From assembly GCA_051530055.1 (NCBI GenBank), contig CM121342.1, positions 14,647,480-14,711,479 of the forward strand: DNA of 64,000 nt, given 5' to 3'. Position 1 is the first letter of the stretch. Every line of letters starts with the position of its first letter. The position numbers were made by a program, and so were the translations under genes. The notes beneath the pieces are model-generated. The model saw only the letters and a list, made by a program, of their open reading frames with translations, made no database searches and was not told the origin of the DNA. Positions 47,936 through 61,800 of the stretch are shown in pieces. Origin of the DNA: Neoechinorhynchus agilis (Eukaryota; Animalia; Acanthocephala).

Positions 47936-50900
47936 ATGATCAGCTTCAAAGTTCAGGATATACCAAATATTGCATCTGGAAGCAATATTCTTGCAAAACT
48001 TTATTTTGCGTTTGTAACTATTCCTTAAATAACCTATAAGCTGAAACATTTCTTAGGTATATCGCACCAATATTTTTTCGCATACATAGACCTCTTCACG
48101 AAACGGACATTTCTGGATTACCTGAGAAAAGAAAAGTATCTCAAACTGGCATGGAAATTGAACGGTATTCAAAAAATTCCTAAACAAATAATTTGTATTT
48201 TTAATAGGAGATGGAAAAATCAACTTTCTTCAAAAAGGCGCAGCCTGACACGAATATTTATTTGCGTATTTCTGAAACAAATATCACTTTCGACGCTACT
48301 TAGTGTATTAGAGGTCAGCATTGTTTACCATGTTTAAAAATGTACAATTTATAAATCTGTAATTTTTAATCACACGTTATTGATGCTTTTCAAGGACCGA
48401 ACCATGGCTAGCCACTTTGTTTTAGTCAAACAAAATAGATTCCTTTTTCAATTTTGTCCATTACAAATGTATCATCACTGTTACAAATCCCGAAAAAAAA
48501 GTGGAAAAATTGTTTAGTACAACTCGATATTTTGTATAAAAAATAAAGTCGACATATTTTGCAGTTTCGACTAAGGATAGACCAGCTCTTCTAAATTAGG
48601 AAATTTATCCTACGGATTTATTTGCTCCATGTCTCCCCAAACAGGCCGTATTTCTTCTCGCGATGATCCCTATATTCGGTCGAATCCTCCAATATCTAAA
48701 AGGGGAAATCACAGACAATCGCTCAGTCGTCTTCTTGGTATCTCACATTTTATTATATCACGCAAGTTCACTTGCGAGTTGTTGGTCGATGCACGAATCA
48801 CTATGTCTTGGCTTCGAAGCAAGAGCGGCTTTTACGAGATTAGTTTATGCAAAGGTAAGAAATCTTGAGAATGATATAAATTGTACAATTCCTTGTCGGT
48901 GTATTCTAGTGCTTGAAGCTTTCTCTTCATCAATGTGACGGAATCGAATCTGGATATCTTAGCAGTCTCATAAGTACGGATAGTTACTCGTTTGACATGT
49001 TTGCACAATCCGGTGTTCGAGTTCTTGGAAGCACTTTGAGGTTTATTTTGGTATTTACTTTTTGCTACCTTTCCATTGACACGTTCGCTGCGGTCGCAAT
49101 ATGCGTCTATCTAATTGTCTATGCACTAATACCTGTGTATGTGATTGGCCTACGTATAATTAGGTTAGCCAATGAGTGCATAAGACAGGCTTATAATTCT
49201 TTTGTAGGAAACGCATTAACAAGGAAGTGGATAAGAGACTTTGCAATCTCGCGATATACTGCCGGTTCGCCCAAACCTTCAAAATGTGCTGCTTGGATAG
49301 AGTTATCTATAAAGTGATGTGCCGATTAAATAAGAAGGAAACCTTCTTCTGTGCACTGAAAAATATTGTGGAAGCGAACTCTTGTACACTTCCCATTTTA
49401 CTTCACTCATTTATCACACTGACGTATATTGTGCTAAGTTTCAAGGCTCATGGATACCAGCCAAGCGGAGTAAAGGTGTTTCAATTGATGGCAGTATCTC
49501 CCGTTTTGCGTCATAATTTTGGAACTGATATAGTTACATTTTTTACTCGCTTCTCCGAAATAAAACTCGCCATTGAGAGATTGCAGGTAAGAATTGTTTC
49601 TTCGCACCAATTTATGCATCTTAATTCAGAAACTGGCCGAGAATGTTGATGTTAATTGCGGCCATATGATTCGTCGACCGGAAAACATTAAGAATGATTC
49701 CTATTATGCCATAGAATTATCGTCCTTAAGTTCATCGTGGGACAATGAGGTATATACCTTACTTCCCTTTATTCCTTTAAATCCTTAATTTTATTTAGTC
49801 GTCTTCTATCAATATAAGAAATATTTCTTTAAAGATTGAAAGAGGAACTTTGACTTACATTATCGGACCTTCGAAATCTGGAAAAACGTCTCTGCTTTAC
49901 TCAATATTGAACGAGTTGCGAACTGTAAGCGGTAGTGTAAACATCCACGGAAGCGTATCCATCAGCACCCAAACTCCGTGGCTGTTTCCCGGCACAATTC
50001 GACAGAATATAATATTCACTGCAAGACCGAATGTTCAGCGGTATAAGGCGGTTATTTATGCCTGTTGCTTGATTGAGGTTTTTTGATTTTTTAATACGAA
50101 CACTACAATGAATCGCTTTTCTGTTCAGGATTTAAATGCTTTACCCAAAAAAGATCTTACGATGATTGGTGATGGAGGAAGCGGTTTAAGCGGTGGACAA
50201 AAAGCAAGAGTTTCATTGGCCAGAGCGATTTACCAAGACGCTGACGTGTATTTTCTTGATGATCCTTTAACTGCAGTTGATTATAAAACGAGGACACATA
50301 TTTTAAAGCAGTTAGTATTTGCCTTAAATAACTCCAAAAAGAGTTCAATTGAATTTTATGCAGTTGCATTCGAATATTTCTAAAAAACAAAACCGTATTA
50401 TACTGCGCCTCCAGCGTTCTGGATGCTGGTCGTGCCGCCACGGTCGTAACTCTGAAGGACGTAAGTAAGCCTATGATTTATTTAAAGCGATCAAATCAAT
50501 TTCTAAGGGTTGTATTGAATGTATGAACGAACAAACAGCCTCAAACTCCGACGAGGATTTCGATTCATCGTGCACTCAGCAAGGTTACGATTTCGAGTTA
50601 ATCACTTTAGACAAAGTTGCTCGACGATACTCGATGTGTTCACAGCATGAAAATTCCGAAGTTGGCGGATTTGTCCTAAAGCCAAGAACGGTGGATGCCG
50701 TGGGCTGGATTAAACTTTTGGTAAAACTATTTACACCGAACAAAATTGGAACCGCTGTTATCCCTTTTTTAATTCTGTTTTGGTGCGGATCGCATGCTTT
50801 TCGCATAGTGTCGGAATACTATCTTTCTCGCTGGCTCTCGACTGAAACCGAAAATGGCACAAAACATTTGAGTGACAACGCGTATGAGACTCTCTATTTA

Positions 50901-53103
50901 GGTTCGCTCATTTTGAAAAGATTAGTTCCCTATTTGTTTTTATAGGTTACCTCCTCGGATTTGTAATCTGTGCTGGATTGGTTCTATTTATCATCATCAC
51001 CATGATTGGCTACGATACATTTTACGCTCATTCAAGGAACTTGGCAAGAGTGATGGGATCGTATTCGTTTATATTCGAGAAAGTATTGCGAGGTTTGTTT
51101 AGAAGTATTCTGAGAGATAAGATTATGTTCTTTAAAAAGGTATTACGTTCAATCGATTGTCGTTTGATATTGGTGTTATGCAGAATTTCGTGCCCATTTC
51201 AACTTATGCTGTAGGACAGGTTTAGTACAAATTTTATTAAACCAAATTGCGGCCTTTTATTATTTTAAATTATGGAAACAAACGATAAAACACATTTTGT
51301 TTTAATGTATTATTCTTCCTTTGTGGCTATAAACGAGAATCCACCAAACTGACATCCTTTTATCTTTGCCACTTTTCAAGTTCATTTTAGAATGGTTCAC
51401 TAATCTTTGCACTAATGATCTACATTTGCTGTATCTGTCCGGTAGCAATCGCTTTCGTACTACCAGCGATTTTTGCTATTCTGTTCTTGGTATACCACCA
51501 AATAAATCTAACGACCTCAGGATATCAAATGGAATCCGACAGTAAGACTTTACTTTTAAAAATACAACGCTCATTTTCGATACATTTATCTTGTAGCTCG
51601 AACAAACATACTAACCCACTTGGTAGCAACCCACCAAGGTCTCGTAACCATTCGAGCATCTAAAGCTGAAGATGAAATGATATCGGAGTTCGAGTACACA
51701 ATTGGTTTGAGATTGCTTCGATAAATGAGAATATTTTTGATATAATCGTTTTAGATACCAACAATCAACTACGGTACACGCTAATTTTGCTTGATCGCAT
51801 AGCTCAATTCACTGTTGATTTCGTTATTCTCTTAGTCATGCTGACGACTACAATTGTTTTCTTGTTCTTTTACACTGGTTAGCTAATTGCAAGCAATTAA
51901 AAATTCCGAGTAATTAAAAATCGTAAAAGGAACCACTGAGGTCGGACAACTGGCAGTAACATATACAATAGTAGTTGCTGAAAATGCTCGAAGTTTCATT
52001 CAGACGGCCCAGCAAAGTATTAATCACGTTCGTAAAAGCATTTCTTCTACAAGAAATAATGTTCTCTATGTTTGATAGTTGCTGTCGGCTGCTAGAGTTT
52101 TCGATCTTTATGATACTGTTCAAGAACCGAGCACCGGATCATGGGATGAAATAGAAAAACCTCCTTATGTTGATAATTCAATAGAATTCATCAACGTCCA
52201 TTTCAAATATTTTAAGGATCTTCCCTTTGTTCTAAATGGCCTCGATCTAAGGATTATGCCCAGATCCAAGGTTATTGTGCGCTAAAGCATTTTCTTGGTA
52301 TTTTAAACACTGTAAACAAATAGGTTGCTATTGTTGGACCAACTGGAGCAGGAAAGAGCACCATATTCGGTGCCATATTTAGATTGGGGATTGTAGAAGG
52401 AAAGATTATCGTTGGTGGTATTGACACTGAATCAATGAATCTCAATCAACTAAGACGCAGTATTTCACTCCTTCCACAGGTAGGATAGATTTTTCACAAT
52501 ACAAACTAAATTGAGCTATTTTTAGGAAGCGGTATTGATGAAGACCAGTATTCGGCTTAATTTGGACCCCTTTCAAGAAAAGTCAGACACTGAGATTTGG
52601 GATGTTCTTCAGAAGGTGCGTGTGGTTCTTTTTTACTTTTAAATGCAAGTATAAACTTACAGGTAGGACTGGATAATCGAATTCGGCAATTAAGATTTCC
52701 CGATTCAACGAACAAACTCGATTACGTATGCGAAGGCGAATCGGAATTCGGAATAAGCGAGCGGCAGTTATTGTGGTTGGCGAAGATACTACTAGAAAAG
52801 AAATCAATTGTTCTGATTGACGAGGCCAGTTCCAAAGTCGACCAGCAAACACAGATTCAGATTCAAGAGATTATAAGTAGGGAGTTGACGGAATGCACGG
52901 TCATCAGTATAATGCACAAGCTCGAAGATGCAATCTACAGCGATGTAGTTATGCTTGTGAAAGATGGGGATGTGGTCGAGAGTGGAAAGCCATCAGAGTT
53001 GTTGGCGAACGAAAACTCGATCTTCTATCAGATGGCGACGAGTACTGGTGGCAAATATTCTGAGACTCCAGAGATGGATCATGTCGAATATATTGAGTTT
53101 TAG
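47936..53103 (+). CDS. Short-type ABCC (MRP4-like) transporter TMD1-NBD1-TMD2-NBD2, multi-exon; possible frameshift near 51135
   Basis: NBD1 [18 protein letters not shown]; NBD2 [12 protein letters not shown]; exons join by canonical GT-AG; start codon inferred. Confidence 0.85.
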
Positions 53104-53989
53104 AAACGCGAAGAGGGTTAAAGAAATTGAGCACAGCGCTTCCTACTTTTAAAAGAACGAAATTAGTTAAATTTAGAAGAGATACCGCGATAACCTTGAA
53201 CAGTTTATTCATTTTCCTCTTTTAATAGAAAATACAATGCGGAAGGAGCGATTTCCTATTTTGCTTTTGCTAAATATTCGTCGCTGAGTGCACCAAAATA
53301 GTTTTTTAAATTGTCCTTATTGGAGCACTATACGCAGTTGAAAAAAATGTTTATTTCGGACCGATATTTCGGAGTTTTACTACTTCAGGGTCCTGAAAAA
53401 ACATGCGATCTACAAAGCTGGAGTTAGAATAAGGTCATTGAGGAAGTTAACTCGTGCAGTTGGTTAGGCACAACATTGAACTTCCGTACAGATGATCGGT
53501 TGAATTCCTATAGATGTCCGTTTCAAGTATCGCAGACATAAACTAAAATAATGATCGACGCTGCTCAGAGTTCGCTTTCCCTCGCCTAACTACCTTCGTT
53601 AAAGTTTTCTGTGAATGATAATTTTGAGACCTTCAGTCTTGCAAATGAAAATCGACAATCTACCAACCGCACCTATATAAATAAAACCACTGATTTTCCT
53701 ATCTTGTGGATAATATCAATGAACACCTACGTTTTATACGAGTGTTATTCGCCTCGTCAAAATAAAAAAATTTATTTTATGTCTGACTAGCCGGCTACAT
53801 TTTTTCTTAGTTGTTGAAATGAACATCACTTATACGGCTGACAATTTCCCTTCGGCACACCACCCACCGATCTGGGCTAGGGAAGTGATTGAATCACTTA
53901 AGCCTTGAGCCGTACGTTTGTAAATTTTTTATTTCGACAAATTGTAATCGATTGTTTAGGAAGGATTTCAACCATTTGATTTGGCAGGC

Positions 53990-54740
53990 GCCAAGGCCAA
54001 ACTTAAAGCATGCATCAAAGAGAAAATTGAAATGAAAAATCCGTACACGAAAAGCGATTAAAATTTATGAAATTTTTCGATGGGAGATTGGCAGTAGGTG
54101 TGCTTTAAAGCATCTCTTTAAGACTTTTGAGAAGGAAGGTAAGATAGAGATGGGTCGAAAACTTGAGATGGATATAAGTTTACCTGCTTTCGGTAGCAGG
54201 GTTACCCGAGCTGTTTGAAGGCAATTAAGGAAGATTCCGGTCTTGAAACTTTGGTTGATTATATGGATAAGTTGATCAATTAAATCTTGGATGATAAAGC
54301 GTAGAGCCCAGTTGGGAATGGGAAAGTTAGGGGATGATTTGCGTGGTAGTTTCCGAAGATGATCATGGGAGGTGAAGCTGTTGATGCTGAGAACGGTGAC
54401 GTAGATTTGGAAGGAGATGATGGTTTGTTTGTGATAGAGCTAGAATTACAAAGTTGCGTATTGATAGGGTTCAGTGTAGCAAATAGATCCGAGTTTTATA
54501 GGTTAGAGAAAGGTTTCTGTCTTTCTATACATAAGGCACTTTTCATGGTGCAATAAAGATCTTACAGAAGATGAGAATGTGATGAGCAAGATAGGATTGA
54601 AGGCGGGGGGGAATTAGGATTGCATGTGTAGTATTCTTTATTCACCTTTATTTGGAGCATTTTTAAGAAAGGGGACATCCAAGGTGGGTCTCGGTTGCCC
54701 AGCGGAGCGAGCTCTATGCTAAAAACGTCAACGAATAGGA
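53990..54740 (-). mobile_element. LINE fragment (post-APE linker and RT N-terminus)
   Basis: PWMSPFLK; IINQSFKTG, VTLLPKAG, FRPISILP. Confidence 0.75.
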
Positions 54741-54744
54741 CATT

Positions 54745-57040
54745 TTGCTCGAAAATGTCGGGTGGTCGACTTGGCACCATTGGAAGGTGCAGAAGATAAC
54801 AACGAGCAAATTTGCTTAGACGTGGTCGATAAAAGAATAAAAAAAATGGAGATCGCGGTCAAAATCAATAATGTCCACCGCAAGATGCAAGCGTGATTAA
54901 CAAAAAGGTATGGGAACAAATAGGACGTCCGATATTGCTTAAGGGCAAAGAATTGAAGGGATTTGTGGGGACGAAAGTTGAGGATTTTGGAGAATGTGAA
55001 TTGACAGTGGAACTCCGTGGGGCGACAAAATCAGTCAAGGCTCATATAGTGCCCTGTAACAGTCGATGTCTGTTTGGGTTACCGTGGTGTACTGCGTTCG
55101 AGATGGAATTGCCCGAGGAAATTAGCATAAACAGTTTAACAGCTGAAGGGAATCGAATTTCGAAGCACGAAATTCAACGGGCATTCCCTGATATTTTTCG
55201 AGAACCAGACTCTGCCATCAAGGATTACAATATCAAATTAGATTTGATGAATGAGAGTAACCCGATTCGATGTCAAGCACGGAGGATTCCGTTTGCTGTT
55301 TAAGCGCTTTTGAAGGAGGGGTTAGAAAGATTAGTCGAAAAAAATTTTCTCGAGGAGGTCATGGATCACGAGGAGCAGGTGAGATGGGCAACGCCGATCG
55401 TCGTAGTAAGAAGGGAGGATGGTAAGATGTGGATATGCGGAGATTTCAGGACAGCAAGCAATAAATATCTCCGAGACGAGCTGTATCAAATGCCGACGTT
55501 TGACGAGTTGCTACACAAAATCGCTCCAGGAAAGAAATATTCGATTCTTGATTTGTCGGATGCGTATAACCAATTAGAAATAGACGTAGACTCCAGACGG
55601 TTGTTGAAGATTACAACGCCATTCGGTCTATTTCGTTATAAAAGGCTACCCTTCGAGATCAAGAATGCGCCCAAACTATTTCAACGGTTTATTGATGGTT
55701 TGTTAAAAGGTATTCCACATGTAGCTGCGTATCTGGACGATATTATCGTTACTGGTACGAATGATGACGAACATCGAACCAATTTATTTGAAGTGTTGAA
55801 TAGGTTAAACGAAGCGGACGTACGAATAAAGGCCGATAAGTGTGCTGTAATGGAAGATAGCGTGCAGTATTTGGGGCACACAATCAACAGAGGGAGGATT
55901 CAACCGACCAAAGAAAAGATTGAAGATTTGCTGAAGGCTTCAAGACCTCGAAATGTTATGCAACTGAAGAGTTTCCTTGGATTAGTAAATTTTCAAGAGC
56001 GATATTTACCGAAGCTGCATCCGATATGTGCGCCACTTTACGAGCTAACAAGGAAAGGAACGCGATTCGAATGGAAACAACATCACTCAAATGCATTCAA
56101 TCAAATTGAAGAAATGCTGACGAGTACACAGAATCTCTTGCTGTATGATGAAAATAAGAAAATAGTTATCAATTGCGATGCTTGTGAGACCGGAATAGGT
56201 GCAAGGGTATTGAGAAAATCAGAAAAGAATTACTCGGTTCTTGACAAAGAAGCGTTGGCTTTGATTTTCGCGGTGCATAAGTTCCACTTCTACATATATG
56301 GACGGAAATTCACGCTCGAAACCGACCACAAGCCATTACAATACATTTTCGGAACCAAAAAAGAACTGTCGAAAATTACTAATAATCGTCTGGTTCGATG
56401 TGCAGCCAAATTGAATGAATACGATTATGACATAAGAGCGATTGATGGAAGTAGAAATGAGGTAGCTGGCTGCTTATCGAGGTTAATGGCCAATATCGAC
56501 GCTGTCATGCGGATTACATCAAGCATAGAGAGGTCGAGGAGAAAAAGGGAAACGAAGAAGATGAAGGGGAGAAAAGGCTTATTAAAAAGATGGTGGATTC
56601 AGAATTAGAAAACGATGAAGCCAATCCACAACAATCAATAAAAGAGCCAGTCGAAGGAATCAAGATTATGCCGCGCATTAGTCAAAGGATCCAGAGGAAA
56701 CCCAAACTATCATTCGATGACTTTAAAAAAATAGAAAAAGGGAGAAGTGTTATAATGGGCATGATGTCGTCATACCATCGATCTGGTGATACCCGCAAGT
56801 ATCTGTGTGCATGTTAATGTGCGTGAGAGTGGGTGTCTTCGGACGTTTGGTTGGGTCAGAATACAACATGTCTACTAGCGACTCGGTCACGTTGAGGAGG
56901 ATTATTGCGCAATGGACTGAGGTTGAAATTGGAGGTGGGTTTTTTAGCAGCCTTCTGGTATTTGTGGATGCTAGTAAAGATTTTATCGAGATGTGAGTTG
57001 TGGCCCGTTCAAGACCAAGAGAGTGAAGATTTGCTATCAC
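54745..57040 (+). mobile_element. Ty3/gypsy (Mag-like) fragment: protease, RT, RNase H, integrase deleted, 3' LTR
   Basis: WATPIVVV, ICGDF, AYLDDII, YSVLDKEALA, TDHKPL; PPT 56735-56747 then TGTTAT at 56748; LTR end uncertain. Confidence 0.85.
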
Positions 57041-57044
57041 TGCA

Positions 57045-57480
57045 TCAATTTCCTATGATGCTATTTGTAGATTGGCTGAGGGAGGACGATAGATACCGAT
57101 AATGGTTAAATTTCGGCTGCCTGATCGAAGTTTGAGAGAGAGCGTGATGTAGATGTACTCTAAGTATGGTGATTGGTAAGGAGTTGAGGGGGAGAGGGAG
57201 TAAGGGAGGTCGGACCGAATAAAAACGGAGACTCCACCTCCCACGCGTTCGTCTCTGTAAGAGTGGAAGACGTGTTGCCAGGAATAAAGGCGATGTCGGA
57301 ATTGGAGGAGTGCAGCCATGTTTCCACAATGACCAGAATGTCTGCGTTGGTGGTAGTGGCTAAAAGCGGAAGATGATCTATTTTTGGTAACAGATTTCTT
57401 GTGTTAGTGAAAAGAATGGAGGGAAATAGCTGTTTTAAAGAGCTTGAAGGAATATGTGGTTTGCGGGAGTTGGCTGGTGG
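57045..57480 (-). mobile_element. LINE APE N-terminus (probably the same element as 53990-54740), followed by an inverted LINE scrap near 57590-57660
   Basis: ILFTNTRNL, VETWL, RVGGGVSVFIR, IIGIYRPP; 57590-57660 matches 27600-27670. Confidence 0.8.
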
Positions 57481-58229
57481 ATGAGTTGAGTGGATATGTT
57501 TCTGAGCGAATTTTGAGTGAGTGGTAATGCTTGATTCTGCCAACGTACAGTGGGGATTTTCGGAAGTGTCCAAAAATTTGGTGGCGGGCCGTCAAGGATT
57601 CTCTCGTGGTATAGGAAACCCTGACCCCTTCCCAAATTTGTCTCCTTCTGAACTGAAACAGTTGAGGTCTCCATCAATCGGAACTTCTGTTCTAACTCAA
57701 ATCAACACTATTCGCGAGCCTTCATTCTCTTCCTTTTCTTCAATTTCTACCACACATTTCTCCTTTTGCTCACACTTACAACGCTCAGGTCACTCCAACA
57801 TTTTCCATCCTTCAGTTCCCCGCACAAATCTGTACCTCCGCTCTTTCTTCTGCTCAATCCTCCAAATGCCAATTGATTCGGAGGAAAGAGCGAAAGGCAA
57901 CAAGCTTGCAACTAACGTTTTGAAGCTACAAAGATGGGACAATAGAAACCCGTGTCTAAAAATTACAAGTCTCACTGGATACCTGAGATGCATGGTTCGA
58001 TGGCTCGTATTTACCTAAATAAAACGTGTTATTATTAAACACCAACTTTCCAACCCGGCCTGAACCGTAATCCATTCCAAAACTAAACATCCACATTCAA
58101 AGAACCTATCATATTGTTCGAGTGTTTGCGAGCACCCAGGGGTGCATCGTTTCTCTACTTTGATTAATAATAAAACGTGTTATTATAAAACCGGCCAACC
58201 ACATCGCGAGACAGACATACAATTAAATC

Positions 58230-58400
58230 TCATCATCAGCACAGAACATTCTATAACAGAGTCACCTATACCGTTCAAACGGCAGGCGTCTCGACGGCAC
58301 CACGATCTTCCCCTCGTGTGAGGGAAACGCCTACTCTGGGATGCGATATAAGTCGACTCACTCGCCAAGAATAACCAAAGCGATCCATCATTGAGTACTG
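58230..58400 (+). mobile_element. CRE-type RLE relic
   Basis: GRRLDGTTIFP..EG.RLLWDA..VDSLA. Confidence 0.7.
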
Positions 58401-58884
58401 GAGTTGCAGCAATTATCGGCTAAATCTGAAGAATTGTTTTTTTGATGATGAGAAGAATAGAGATTGATTTATTAATTCAAAAATATTTCGTCCGTCTCCC
58501 TTCAGCCTTCTTTACAATATGAATAATTGCTGCGGGGCACTAATTTACGCCGATTGGCGTAGATTAAAAATGTGCGGAGATATTGGTGACTTCCGATTAC
58601 AAAAAGCAGGATAACCGAAAGGAAATTTTTTCATCGCATACAAGGTTTCCTCTTGAGGTTTAAACAAAGATGTAACGCCACAAGCGGTCGATGGACCACC
58701 CAGGCCGAGGACGCGATTTTTAGCTAGTGACTACCAGAACTTTAGTCTATAAGACTGTTAAATTCTCTAAATTAAAAACCAAAAACACACTTGCTACAAA
58801 GGAGCAGTTTGAATATTATTGTATGTACCACAATACCAGTTCTACACGGATCAATCGCACGCGGATCTCACAATCATAAGTGTT

Positions 58885-61800
58885 TTAATCTATGAGCCAC
58901 AATAGACCAGTTGATGGCGCTCCGTACAGATCTTCAATGGACGGAATCGATGGATGAGTAATAGGGCATGGTGCAAGGGTCTTTGATCCGATACCGAATG
59001 AAATGAGGGCGTTTTTGGTGACTCCTTGTGCAAATAAGACGCTACCAGAAGCAATGAGTTCAACCTCACTCAAATGACATTCGGCAGAGATCAGTGCTTT
59101 ATCGATAGGATTAACCACGGGATTATTAAAGTTACGAGCATGGGTTACGTCTTTAGTTCTCGAAATATCGATGCAAATTAAGTTGCCGTTATTGGTTCCA
59201 ATCCACAATTGCGAATCGATTACGTGAATATAGGATATCTTAACTAATACAAGTCCAGATTTCTCGATCGGTGAACCAATCACCGATCTTTCAAATGGAT
59301 CGACGTCTATATCTTGTATAAGAACGCGACTGTATACGTCGTAAATGTAGACACAACTTGTCCACCTTACTGTGACAAAGGCTAGCGGGTTTCGTTCATC
59401 ATTAGTTCGCCGACTTTCACGGTATGTTGTACAAATAAAGCGAATTTGGTTCGTGTCGAGAGGAGATACTTCTAATCGATCTACAACGGTCAAACTCTGA
59501 TCCACGACGTAGATCTGGTTTCGAATGCCACACCAACATTGATCTCTAGATACTCCGCACAATGCTCGAACCGAGTTGTGGCCACTGTCGGACATCTTTA
59601 TTCGGTGGACAAATGACGAGTTCGGATCTTTGGGCCAGAGTCCGATGTGATTTCGATGGAAGATCACCAGGGTTCCATTCGACAATCCACAGAATACTCG
59701 ACCGCGATGATGTCTTAATTGATAGACAGTGGAATTTTTATGATTTTAGCGAATCGTAAAGCTCACATCATCGTCATTATAGAATGCTCCAGCTTTATTG
59801 TGGCCAATCGACTCGTTGTTTCGGCGTCATGGATGCTCAAACTAGTAATATTCTTAAAAATGCTTGCTTCATTTCTCCAAAAATCAAACCTGCCATGATG
59901 ACCGCCGAGCCAAGCTGTACATTTGTCAAACGGATAATCTTCATTTTGGTCATAATCTATTGCTGAGAAACAAAGTAATTTACACATAAAGAGATCAAGA
60001 ATACTGGGATCTGTGCATTTGTATCGAAGGAAACACGAATTGAGCAATAAAACTTAAAAGGAAAGTTAATTAAGATTACAAAATAAGCGCAAAAGCCGAA
60101 TACAATTGGCTAAACAGAACCCGTTCAGGGGTTGAAACCATCACAGTCACATATAAAATAGTTAGATGTAGGTTTTAGGTTTAAAATGAACCAAAAACAC
60201 GATTCGGGCAGTTCAAAGAAATGAATTGGCTTTCGCCTTCATGCTTCCTATTCACATTTTGTAATCCCGACGAGGACCAACCTTTTCCGATTTCCTTATC
60301 TCGTCTGCAAAATTCACATCCAACATCAAAGTCTTCTATAACTTCGTTGTATTCTGTTCCTGTACAAAGAGTAATAGTATTCATTCTATACATTTAAGTC
60401 ATTCACTAGTACCTGGAACGAAGCAAAGACATCCACCAATCAACTGGTCGTTTACATTGAAGCTACTTTTGACTTCAATGAGTTCATTGTCGCCTTCAGG
60501 TTTACCAAGAACCAGAACTTGACTTGTCGGATTTGCTTTCTTTACCACCAACCACCAATGGTTCTCGTCGCTGTCGTGGGAAGTATAACTCGATGCCATG
60601 TAGAATCTCTGGTTACAGGAAAAATCAAATTTATGGTTTTGCAATGTAGAATCACAGCTACTAGTGATACCTCTACTCCGTGAAAACATTTTTCAAGATT
60701 ACAACAAAATATAGGAAGCTTTCGTGAGTCTCCTTTCGTAGTCGGTGCAAACCAGTGATTCTCTAATGAACGTTCGCCAATATCAGTATGCCTAGACTCA
60801 CTAGAAACACCAAGCGCGTTTCGGAAATCACTCACTTAATTTCCGGAGCTGCGTGACTACTTATATGAAAGTTGCTTCCATGTTTCCTTGCAGTCTTTGG
60901 TCTGATGTAAAGACCATTGAGCGAGGGCGAATGACTGAACGAACGAGACATTCCGGAAATACCAGAATCCACGCTAGCAGATGACCCAGATAACAACGTG
61001 GAGAAAAATTGCCATATTCTAGTTCGTTTTCCGGTTCGTTCTGAAACGTCAGCACCTTCAGCCCCACATCGAACAGTGTTTTGCCATTTTAGAGCTTCGT
61101 CGAGCTCCATATACATTTGTTTGTATTTGTTCTTCTCATTTAGCACTCGGCAAATCTCTTCCCGTGTAAATAACCGCCTATCCCCGCCTGTATCGTCTTC
61201 CATTACCTGAAGAAACGTTCATAAAACTATACTTTGTTCCAAAACTAAATACCTCACGGCCCAAATTAGTGTCCGTTTTCAAAACATCCAACTCTTTCTC
61301 CAACTCAGCGACTCTAATCTTATACTTTTGCTTCTGAGCACTGGCCGTTGCCCACTCTTCACGGCTGATCTCGAGTTGACTAAGCACACACTAAACGCGG
61401 ATCTAGAAATATTATAAGTCTCACGTTGAAAGCTCTTCGATCCTCTGTATCAAATCGTTCTTTAAAATGTTCAAAGCATTCCTATGGAAATGAAGAATAA
61501 GTCAATACAGCGTAACGAATATTTTAGACCAGTTGAATTTACAGAATTGTCCTCCATAAAAAACCGGCACTGAAACGTGCAAAATTTAAAGATTCCTGGA
61601 TTTCTTTGCCGTCTTGATCTGCTTGATCAAAGATCGATTGATATTGTTAAGAGCAGCGTAAAGTGCAATATGGGACATTTCTAGCAAGACATTAATTCAG
61701 TTAGCAATAAATAGAATGGGTTTTCATTAGATTTCGAAGTATCGTGTAGAGTGACCAGAAATATGCCTCAGAAAATAGAATAACAGTCTCTAAAATTCTC

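Noticed and set aside
53440-53520. tRNA- or SINE-like segment
   Set aside because: Boxes are degenerate and stems cannot be folded; at most an old relic.
60780-60835. GAAACGCGC hammerhead-like motif on the minus strand
   Set aside because: No CUGANGA plus helix II upstream; probably within JIP3 coding sequence.
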